The translations under genes and the position numbers were made by a program. Below, in pieces: positions 49,691-60,458 of a stretch of DNA of 64,000 nucleotides. The stretch covers positions 6,178,828 through 6,242,827 of the forward strand of contig CAJINV010000004.1 of NCBI GenBank assembly GCA_905178155.1, in the 5' to 3' direction. The stretch comes from Amoebophrya sp. A120. Its lineage: Eukaryota > Protista > Dinoflagellata. The stretch's first letter is position 1. Every line of letters starts with the position of its first letter. The notes under the pieces were generated by a model that was not told the DNA's origin, searched no databases, and saw only the letters and a list, made by a program, of their open reading frames with translations.

Positions 49691-50385
49691 TGATGATGAT
49701 GTAAATCTATTCGAGGTAGTCCCCTTAGATTATCCTCTTCCGTCCTCTAAGTCTCATGATTGCTTGGATTGGTAGTCTTTCGTTGTTGTTGTTTGCTTGA
49801 AAGGAGAGCGCTGAAGATGTATTGCTGCTGCTTGTTGTTTTTGCTGATGCTGTTGCTGCGCCTGTGGTGATGTCTCGCCATAGATTTCGATCAAGGCAGT
49901 CCTTTACTGTTGCTCGCTTTCGATTGAGATCCGCGTTGATTTCTGCTATCCAGGTCTTTGTTGCTCCTTGCCCTTTTTTCGTCTTGGCGTTCGGCACGGT
50001 GGCTGACAACATCAGCCGCGCCCAGCGTTTCGCTGGATACCTTACCACGCGGCCAAAGTATCGCAGCCTTCGCTCTCTAATTTTCTCAGAAAGCGCCCGG
50101 GCCTGCAGCTTGTTGTAGATGTCTCGCGTTTTGACGTGGTCGCGTTTTGTTATTCCTAGACAGTGGCGGAGCTTCTTATTCCACCACGTGTCTAACAAGA
50201 TTTCGCCACTTTGTCGCAGACACCACGTCTCGCACCCCCATGCGAGCACGGGGTATACGAAGGCGCAGAGGATTTTCAACTTGAGCCGCGGCGTGAGTAT
50301 TTTACCGTTGAAGACGTTGGAAAGCTCCCCGGTTTTCTTTTGTGCTAGCAGGATTCTCGTCTCGATGTTTGGCTCTACTTTGTTT
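49691..50385 (-). mobile_element. 5'-truncated non-LTR retrotransposon (RTE-like), RT C-terminal region
   Basis: KLKILCAFVYPVLAWGCETW...LRHCLGI...IRERRLRYFGRVVR...KTW pattern; (CAT)n 3' tail at 49691-49701. Confidence 0.85.
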
Positions 50386-51444
50386 CTTCTGTTTGGCGTT
50401 CTAGTTCTTCGCGGACATTCATCATTTCCGCTGCAGGGAGCCCCGCACGAAATCTCTCTACTCGGCTGCACTCCTCTCACTCACTGCTGCGTCGCTTATT
50501 CTGGCCAAGGCCACTCGCACTCGATCCATCCTATCATTTGCAGAGAACCATCCACCTCACTACACTTAAAGCCCGCCTCCGAAAACAGGCACGCTCTGAC
50601 TCCTCCATTTGAGAGGATGAAGAGTGCCAGAAGGCAAAGTTGTTCTCAATCTAAATCTATTTTATGACTTAAAATATGCACGCTCTCCCCTTATTTTAGC
50701 AGAGATAGGTGGCTGTGGGTACTAAATTTGCCAGCGCCCATCTCCCACGAACACGATCCTAACCAGACCAAAAACTCACTACGGGACCGCCGTGCCATGC
50801 TATTTTTATTTTTTCTGTGGCGCATTTCTATGTGTATGAAAAAGGCGTCAGCAAGGTGATACTTTCAAAGCCCACGCGAGCGGGCTACGCAAGCGGAGCG
50901 GGGGCACATCGTGCCCAGCGATGCAAGATTCACGGAAGGCGTAATTAGGAGCGGAAGCACGCCCGCGTGGTGTGCTGAAATTAATTTTTCGTGCGCCTTT
51001 ATTGCGTACAATACACCAGTGCTCTGAGACTGGGGGGGTCTGATCTATGTGCATCTTTGAACTCGTCTTTGAAAACAGTTTCTTCCGCAAGACGATCCTT
51101 GATGTGGTGTTTGAAATATTACTTCTCGTGCACTACAAAACATGTGGATTATGATGGTTGTGCTAATTTGCGAAAATGAGATGCAAAAAAAAACATGTAA
51201 AAATCTGAAAGCGTGCGAAAAAATTAACACAAAAGCGCGGGTGAAAAAATCAGGTAAAAAATTGAAAAAGCGAAACAAAGGTGCAATAAGACGTGTATGA
51301 AAATCGAAAAAGCAGACTGCTCTGAAAGAAAACAGGCTGTTCTGAGATGCTTGAAAGTCCACTGTATTTTTTGCTTCAGGGCATCTGTGTACTTAGTCTA
51401 TTCACTTTATAATTAACTTTGTTTTGTTTGATAGAACTGTAGAT

Positions 51445-54400
51445 TTACTCGTTCGCTTCGTTGGCAGTGTCGGCCTCGGGCGCCGGTGCGCTTTCCTCAA
51501 CACCACCTCCTTGGCTTTTCCTACCGCCTTCGCGGCTCGTGCGGGAAACTTTTTGACCATCTTCCCCGGGAGGAGCAGATCCAGATTTCGCACGGCTGGC
51601 GCGGCTGGCCTGATTCTTGCTCCCCTCCTGTCTTGCCGCTTGGTTCACTGCGGATTTCTTGGAAGGTTGTCCACGCGCTGCCTTTTCGCCTTTCGCGGGC
51701 GCGGCCGAGTCCGCATCAGCTGCCGTGGCACCACTACCGAATAAACACGGGCAACAGGAGGCGGGGGGCGGTGGCGACGGCTGTTGTTTATCCTGTTGTT
51801 CCGCAGGAAACAACCCACTTTTTTGCTTCGCAAGGGACTGGTTGACGTTGGAGAGGGATTTCGACAGGCTTTTCTTTGGCACCAGTTTCGCTACCGACTT
51901 CATCACTTCCGCAGGCGCCGGCGCCTCTTCCCCGGCCGCTTGTTTTCCCTCCCCAGCAGCCTCGTTCACTATTCCACCGTCTTCGTCCACCACCGGCAGC
52001 TTTGGCGTGTTCTTTTTCTTCTTCGGTGGCAGCATCGCGCTCGTGAAGTTTAAGCCGGTTTCCACGCGCTCGACCTCCCCCACGTGCAGGTCCAGCGTCA
52101 TGGTGTGCACCGCCAGGTCCAGCGAGAGCTGCTTCTGCGCCCGTTTGTTGATCGCGCCGGCCCGCGCGAACCCCTTCCACAGCACACTCACCGACTCGAC
52201 ATGATCACCTTCATTGTCGCTCTTTTGCCCCCGGTGGATCAACTGGGAAAAGAGTTCGTAGTCCTCACCCTCAAGGCCCATCTCCTCGAGGTCATGTTTA
52301 CTCAAGCTGTTGACAAAGTTCATAATTTGCTCGTCGGTGGGCTCCGTGTCCTGGACCCCCTCCAGGCCTTCCTGGAGCTTGGTGGCCAGCTTCTTGGCGG
52401 CCACGGGCGTGAACCCGTGCGCCACGAGCGCGTGCTCGGTGTGCCCGAAAGAGAACCGCAGGTGCTCCCCGGTGAGCAGGAGCTCCTTGACCCCCTCCTC
52501 GCCGTACTTCTGGACCGCGAGGTTGTGCAGGAACCCACGCATGCGCCCGACCTGCTCGAACCCGCCCTCGAAGTCCAGTCCCAGCTGCGTCATCACCTCC
52601 AGGTCCTTGTTTAACGACGGCCTCGCAAGGTCCTCGTTGTTGCTCACGCTGGGTCTGCTCACCTGCGCCGCCAGCTTCTTGGCGTACATGGGCGACAGTC
52701 CGGCCGACAAAAACGCCGCCTCGGCGTCCCCAAAGGACAGGATAAACGCCTATCCTGAGTAAAAACGTCCCCACGACCCCAGGGTTGTCATGCAGATCTG
52801 CAAGCGCAAGAGCGTTTGTAATGCGCATCCCCATGAGAGGCATTATCCATTTTGTTTGGGAACTTGTAAAGCTGTAAACAGCATAAGGAGATGGCTTTGC
52901 TATGCGGCTTCTCTTGCGAAACTGCACTACACTACACCCTGCAATTTGTCATGCGTGGTTCCCAAAACTTCAAGGTTTGTGTTGCAAAATCCCCATCTTG
53001 ACTCTGGGCGGGTGGGGACATTTTACAAATGATAACACCGGGTCCGTGTTCAGTTCCAGATCCGCTTGTTCTACTTCCGGCGAGGCCGGCGCCAGCACCT
53101 TTGCAGCCTCCGCTGCCGTGCAGCAGAGAAACAACACAATTCCGAGGATCAGGAGCAAGGCGGCGCAAATGCCGCCGCCAATCGCCAGCGGCGCCGCCAG
53201 CCCGCCACCGGCTTTTATGGAGTAGAGAAAAAAGTGTTTTTTAACAGTTGTTTACAACTACGTACACATCGCGTTCTTGCCGAACCCGCAACAGAGATGC
53301 GCTGTTCTTTGAAGTGCGAGATATTAAGCCTGTAGTGCTCAATGAAGTTTGTAAAATTGAATTTTGTAAAAAAATGCAGCTTCCCGTTTCTTCCCTTATG
53401 ATCCCCGAATAATCTCATCTATTCTTACATCAGGCGTTTCTTGTCATGCAGACCAAACCTGGGCTGCTGGATTATCTCTTGCACTTGCGAAAATGTGCAG
53501 TATTAACTGTGACACTTTTTTTCTTGGATAGCTTCGACCGCTTCCTCAGTAGCGTTAGTGGTAGACTCGTTGGTTCCCCCGCCACCGAAGATCACCTCCT
53601 CCACTTTCGAGTGATATCAAATGCAAAAATGTCTGGGTCTGGATCTGGAAACTTGTGATGCTAAAATGTGCATGATGAAAACACTTCCGAATGCAGTCCG
53701 GCATGACAACTTCCCAAAACGCTTTGTTCTCATAGGCAATCCGCATGAGAAACTGCGTTTTTGCATGACAAAAGAGGCTGCGACTTTTGTTGGTTATGCA
53801 ATACAGATTTTCTAGGTATGGAAAGCTAGCATTACAAGTTCCCACCTTCCAGACCCAGACACTTTTACAATCCATAAGTGACCCCCGGTAGCGATGTGCG
53901 TCTCGGTAGTGGCATTGGTGCAACACGTTGCCTCGCAGTCGGTCACGTCCGGCAACGAGAACAAATTATTCGTCACATTTAAATCGCCCACAGCCCGACA
54001 GAGTTGGCTGCTGTCACCAGTGACATTGTAGCCTGGGGCACTGCATGCCCCGCCGAGAACTTCACACGTGGGGAGGCACGCTTTCCAGTCCATACGAATG
54101 TCCATTAGAACGTAGCCGGGTTCAGTACAGAGCGCACAGTCTTGCTGACCATCCTCGTGGCACGTCGCGGAGTCAGCTGGGTTTGTCGTACCATGCTGGC
54201 ATTCGCAGACCTTCGCCGCACGAACGCAGCTTCGCGCACTGGGGGCGCCGGGGACGTCCTCGTCCGAGAGATTGTAGCCGGGCTCAGTACATTCGTAGCA
54301 GTCTTGCTGACCATCCTCGTAGCACGTCTGGGAGCCAGCCGGATTCTTCGTACCATGATCGCATTCGCAGACCGGCGGCGGGCGGCACTGTTTCGCATCG

Positions 54401-57400
54401 GGGGCATCGGGGACGGGCCTTTCAACGGAGTCGGTCTCAGTACAGAAATCACAGTCTTGCTGGCCATTTTGGTAGCACGTAGCTGTGGAGAGGACCGCCT
54501 TCATCGTACCACCGTCGCACCTGCAGGTCGGCGTGCCCGTGTCCTCCGGAAGGCACTGTTGCGCACCTGCGACGTGCTCGATAGGCGCTAGTTCGAAGCC
54601 GGCCGTGGTGCATTCGGCACAGTCTTGCTGACCATTTAGGTAGCACGTATCTGTGGTGGCAGCCGCCTTCTTGTTACCATGTTCGCACTCGCAATGTTCA
54701 GGCGCAGTCGCAGTCTCGTCTGCGCACCCTGCCACCTGAAGTTCAGCACCTGACTGGCTGCAGTAGAATTCTGCATCGCCGCTTCCCGCGCAGCTTGCTG
54801 ACCCGATATCGACGGGCATTGAAATCGCACTTTTACCTGGCATCATCCGAGAATCACTCAGCCAGGTTTTCCAGTTACCCGCGGAAAAAGAAATCGTTAC
54901 CCTGTTGTAAGATTTTATTGTCAATTTAGCCTTCGTTCATTCATTTTGCTAGGAAGAGGAAATGAAATGCTGATGATTTGACCGAGCTGAGCTCGGCACT
55001 GCTCGTGTTCCCTCCCTCCGCCGCAGCGCGGCTGGAATAAAGCAGTAGCCTGCCCTGATACCATAGCGAGAAGAACGCCACTGAGTGTGAGTGAGGCTAG
55101 GGCTTGTCGACATTCAAATTTGGAGCGCCAACACTCTCGGTCGTCGAACTCTACTTCATCGGTTCGGGGTTGGTCGGAGGTCGTCGTGCGGGTACAGAAA
55201 AGCAACATGTGTCTGTGTGGCCGCGCGGATCGATAGTACAAAGAAAAACTATGTGAAGCAAACTTCTTCGACAAAGGGTCGTCTGGTACTAAATAAATAT
55301 TGAAAATCGTAAAGAGCTGTACTTGTCGAAAAACCCGGAAGCGTCACTCGGCTTCTTGCATCCCTGCACGCAGCATGCTGTCTGACAGGCCTGAACAGTC
55401 TTATGGGTGTGTCAGGATCGAAATCGACAAAATCGAAAAACTTGTGATGCGTAAAATGTAGAGCACTGAAGGCCTGTATTGGGGAGCAAGCATATGAGGC
55501 CGATTGTAGGCCTGTTGAGGGGTGTGCAATGTGCTGCCAGAGTAGCATGACAGGAGCAGTCTTCTTTCCCCAAACAGCACGACAGACTGGATTTTGGTGC
55601 TCCCGAAATTTGTCATGCGCCACTGGAAAACTGCGGCACCGACTGACATCGATTTTGTGCATCACAAATTTTTCGATTTTGCCAATTTCGATTCTGACAC
55701 TCCCATAAATCTCCTCACCGTCGTATCCTGCCACTGACGCGCAATCCGTGTCGGCAGATACGGAGTCCTGGTAGATGTAGAAAGGCGTCTCCTGGGCGTC
55801 GCTTGATCCGGGCACATTACAATCCGCAGCAACACGGCTGCATTTCGGAACGTCGCAGCCGTCCATGAGAACCTCCGCGCCGGCTGCGGGGCAGTACCAT
55901 TTGGGCGTGCTAGACGAGTCCGAACTCGAGGTCCAGCCGTCGGCGCACTCCACTAGCTCGGTCCCGCTGGTCAGCTGCCACGTCTTCCTGTCCGAGCTTG
56001 CGACAGCGAGGCTGTTCTCGGGTTTCATGTCTTCCGAACGCAAAAGAGCCGCCCACTCCTCGTTGCTAGCGAGGAGCTCCGGAAGGTTTTTCGTTCGCTC
56101 CTGCATACTTGTAAAATCGGCATCTGCAGGCGGCTTGCAGCCTGTCGTACAACAGGCAGACTCGCATTCATCATCCGGGAAAGTGCTGCCGAAGGCAACG
56201 TCGTTGGACATATTTTCGTTACAGAAAACCTGCGAGCTGTCTGACGTCCGCACCAGGTACGCGCCCGTGCTGTCGGCCGTGGCTCTACATTGGGTCATCC
56301 CCTGACAGGTGGGCCAACAGACACTCACCGGCTCATCCTCGGTGCCAAGATTCCTCAATGCGTAACCGTGATCGCATTCTGCACAGTCCTGCTGCCCATC
56401 GGCCAGGCAGGTAGATGCGGTCGCAACGTTGCGCTTTTCTCCATTCGAACATTGGCAAACAAACTGGTTATCCTGGTCACCGATGACAACAGCATCGGTT
56501 GTTCCGCTCTTGATTTGGGCGCACACTGTGTAAGCACTGTGGACGGCGGCATTGTGTGGCGGCGCCCATTGCGTACGGTATATGTTCTCATCTGGCTTCA
56601 TGGTCGCGTCGCGTAGCCAGCAGCCTTCGGCCAGATCGGTCCCGTTTCCGCGCCCAGCAGACATGGCCTTGCACCAAGGTGTGATCCGACACCACGCCAT
56701 ACAAAGGAAGTAGCCCATCCCCGGTCCGTCGGGAAGATATTCCCACGTCCAGTCCTCCCCAGTTTTCGGCACGCCTGTGACCTTCTTCACCGTGGTGAAG
56801 TCACCGGTCTCCGCATCCTGGAGGGTAATCGCCGTCACCGTAACCGATACCTGTCCTGTTGTTGCATCCTGGTACACAATGCTCTCGGAGGCGTCCTGAT
56901 AAAGGCCTTGATTCACTTTTGCGTTACCGAACATGGAGCCTCCGTGTGGGGATTTGCCTCCCGCACTCGACGGCCAGTCCAGGAAAAGACCGAAGTCTCC
57001 TTCTTTGCAATCCTCGAAGACTTTTTCGTCCGCACTGTCGGTTAACACAGAACACGGAACACCCGACTCGATGTCGTCGCTGTTTGAGAATTTGTACCCT
57101 CCTTGTGCCAGGTCCTCGTGGCTGGTAGTACCGACGAAGTCGATTTCTGTCCACTCCCCTGAAAAGAGCCGGCACGCGGGACCCTTCGATTCCTTCGCAT
57201 GGTCTCCGAATTGGCCGTTTCCGTCAAAATCCCAGTTTCGGCCATTCGTGTACCAGGATCCGTCGACCGGGTCGACGGGGGTCGGCCCCGTATGACAGTG
57301 CACAACTCCCCCTCCCCCTCATTTGTCATGCCAAATGCCTAATTTACGCTTTGGCTCTCCCTCTCGGCACTGTTTGCATGACAAGTTCTGGTAGCCCAAA

Positions 57401-59070
57401 TAGCACTGCAATCCAGTTCAGATCTGTCATAGAAAGATAACATGTATTCTTGCTGACGCTTGTATTGCTGTTCATGCAATACGAATGAGGGGGAGGGGGA
57501 GTTGTGCACTTTCATACCCCGAAGCCTTGTTGTAGTACGTCCAGCCCGTACAAGTCACATCCGGCACGTGATTCTCAAGTGCATCGAGGGGCTCTGGTTT
57601 GATTTTATTGCCAGTGCGGCTTGAGAACTTGGGCCACGCGGCACACACGGCCGCACACTGTGCGGCGTTGACGAGGTTTGGCCCCTGCAGGGTGTTGGGC
57701 GGGCGGGCGTTGACCTCGGGCGGTACGGCTGCCGCACCGACGAGAGTGTAGTGCATTGTATCATCTCCGCCGAAATTTCGTTCCGGGGTCCAAACGTCAA
57801 AGTCTAAAATGACAGTCCCGTTCAGGAGCTTGTTGTGCCTGGCCTCCTCGTCACCGCAAATTGTCGTGTCAGAAACGACGGAGACTTCTAAGCCCTGTCC
57901 TGCCTCTTCCCGCTGTACAAGGGATGCCTGTGTCACCGAGCCGCTATGTAGCTCGTGGTGGCGCGAAGACGACAAAAGTCCCGCCTCTTCTACCACATGA
58001 GAAGATGAAGGACCACTTTCAACTGCGTCGGTGAGTTTCCGAGTGCTCTCGACTGTGGTCCCTTCCCGCCCGACAGCTGCTGTGTCGTGTGACGCTTTCT
58101 TCGTTGGCACTGGCAGCTGTTCTTCCGCAGTTGTTGTATCATCATGCAGTAAAAACTCGGTGTCGTCGTGTTGCTCTCTCGCCGACTTCGCACGGTTCAC
58201 AAGTGTAGTCAATCTAGTGCCCCTTGCTCTCCAGGGGCCAGTACGGGAGGGTGCAAAAGTTGCGAGAAAAGCGCTGCTGGCTCCGCGACGGGCCCCTTGT
58301 TGTTCCCGATTGCTGGGCCGCTTGTTCACCAACTCGCTGCTTTCTTGTGCCGCGGTGAATTCCTGTTCAAATTTTTCCTCTGCTGGTCGATCTTGCGAAC
58401 CGTCAGGACTCCTCTGCGACGTGCTTGTTGCGGACCCTACTGCATCATTGCTGGTTGTACCCGTCTTCGTGTTGACCGCGCGAGCTACGTAATTATGCAG
58501 CGAAAAAAAAGTCGTTGTGAGGGTGCGGGTGGAGCTCTTTTCTTTCACTTCTAATATTCTACTGCTTTTGACTGCTTGATCTTGGGGCACCAGCGTCAAG
58601 AACATGCTCATGCCGGGACAAGAATAACTTGTTCTTTCACAGTGCACAAGAAAGGCTCTAAAATTATTTGATGGAGAGAATGAATAAAATAGTTTCATGC
58701 ATGTTGTAGTACACATCCGTCCTGGATTCAACCAGCACAGTCTATCCATCCATGCTTACAGTGCTTTTGCACCTACAACATGACTAACACTAAATACGAC
58801 TTTTTATCTTCCATAAATGGTGCGCTTTGAACGCGGCGAGACCCCGCCGGGCTTTCGTACCACGGTGAAAGCAGCCACGTGGCCAAGCAATAAATTTGCC
58901 TCGAAAAAACCTGATGTGGCTGTCAACAGGAATACAGATACACTGCCCGCCTTACTAACATTTGCCGTTCTAGCAGGAGGCGCAGTGCCGGCGGTTGACA
59001 TCGTCATCGTCGGAGAAGCGATGATCATGCCTCCATCTCGCGGGCGGTTTGAAGGTGTTCTGGCCATCAT
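51445..59070 (-). CDS. Large Cys-rich type-I membrane protein with PAN/apple-like modules and Cys repeats (paralog 1)
   Basis: First exon ~58810-59070 (AFTVVRKP, matching the paralog); ORFs 57472-58749, 55249-57303, 53812-54924; TM exon 53035-53215; tail 51445-52750; 5 introners. Junctions near 54900-55320 and 58520-58810 unresolved. Confidence 0.8.
52751..53034. mobile_element. Introner family E (284 bp)
   Basis: TSD ACGCC/ACACC; orientation opposite to 10156-10438. Confidence 0.93.
53216..53530. mobile_element. Introner, family G-like ends (315 bp)
   Basis: TAT...AGAAAAAAGTGT TIR; TSD GCTTT/GCTTC; joins EEAVEA|GGGLAAP. Confidence 0.85.
53615..53876. mobile_element. Introner family A (262 bp)
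   Basis: TSD AGTGA. Confidence 0.95.
54105..54695 (-). repeat. Four tandem ~52-56 aa coding repeats CxCxxG...TCxxxGQQDCxxC
   Basis: Visible in ORF 53812-54924; a fifth copy lies at ~56370-56456. Confidence 0.9.
55402..55707. mobile_element. Introner family F (306 bp)
   Basis: TIR as in 14020-14339; TSD AGTCT/AATCT. Confidence 0.92.
57291..57516. mobile_element. Introner family C (226 bp)
   Basis: TSD CCCCG. Confidence 0.95.
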
Positions 59071-60458
59071 TGTGAAGAAAACTCCGGAAACGAAACACGA
59101 GTACTTCTACGGGCAGTCAGTCGGTCGGTGGTGGAGACCGGGAGTTCCTGCCGTCGCTTCGACTTCTTGGTCCACTTATTTCTCGGCGGCGGATGCGAAC
59201 TTTGGTTTTGCGTAGTTACGTTTTTCAACAAGAAAGAGAGCGCGAAAGAACTCGGTAGTACCAAGAGTAACGGTTTAATACGACGGGGGAAATTTCTACT
59301 TGGAAAAGGGGCGTGAACTCGCACTTCACTGGTGGTATGTGGTTTTCATGTAAAACAAAACTGAAAATTCTCGATAAGGTAACTACTTGTTGCACACAAG
59401 AACTACCGTGGACGAGGGCAGAAAGATCACGAACGAAGGAAACCGAAAACCTGGCTACGAATGCGTCCAATACTACATGTGCTCGTGGAAAATCACCATG
59501 CAGAGCAGCCCGGTGATGCGTACACTGCCAGGCGGGACGTACAACTTTGACAACTTAGACTTAAGTACTTTATTACTTTTCTGGACGACGGCATGGAGGT
59601 TGGGTTGTACGTACGAAAAGATAGAACGAGCAGGCAGTCCAATGGCAGAACGAAAAATGTTGAAGATACGTCTACAACGACTACCTCCAACGATAAGAGG
59701 CAGGACGACCTGGACCTGGCAGCAAACGAAACTCAACAGAACGAAAGACATATGAGACAGGGCCTGGAAACCACGAGTATGGTACTTATTACGAACTGAC
59801 GCCACATCAACAGCTGAAGAACGAACCGAGGCTGAGTCTTGTCTTTTTGTCGTCGTATTCGTATTGCTTTTAGTTTTACTAGCTAGCAAGAAATACGAAC
59901 GCCTGCAAGATCCACACGACTCGGTGCAGCAGAAATGGAAGTGCACAGACAGCGACAGTGCATAGTCTCGTTCGGTAGCTACATACAAATGCACAAACCT
60001 TTTTTGATGCACAACATCGGAGGACGAAGGGGAGTGTACATCATAAAACTGACACGGTCATTTGCCAAATCCTGTAGTATTAATTTGGGGTCGTCGAAGG
60101 GGATTATATCAAGAAACTTTATTTTGCCTGCAAATTTTAAAGGTGACCGGCATCGCCCAGGGTAATATCGCTGCTGCTGTAGATGAACTGGTAAAAACCT
60201 AGTACAATTATCGGCCTGATGTAATCGAAAAGCTGCACTTATTTCGGAGCAGTGCGAAATTTCTGGACGTGCCGTTCCATCGAAAAGCCCGACAAATTTT
60301 GATTTCAAGTAGTTCCATGGGGGGTTAACGCAAAATTTTTTTTCAAAATTCTAGTGCCCGCGCTCACGCTCTTAAGCGTGTAGCCGGAAAAAAAACATAA
60401 AAAGTTAAACAGAATTTCAAAACAACGACAAAACGAACATGATAGATTGTCCTCTTCC

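Noticed and set aside
51172-51310. Phased A-tracts (bent DNA)
   Set aside because: Spacing varies from 8 to 14 bp; probably a T-rich 3' region
222-57329. Many short ORFs sharing MSGSGR, PDPDIF or FVMQ peptides
   Set aside because: Translations of introner TIRs and internal motifs, not a protein family
84-57516. Recurring GTCTGGGTCTGGAAG repeats as a CRISPR array
   Set aside because: They are inverted pairs with TSDs, irregularly spaced inside eukaryotic genes; no cas genes are present
59387-60308. Plus- and minus-strand ORF fragments as genes
   Set aside because: Interrupted by stops, with no motifs or splice support
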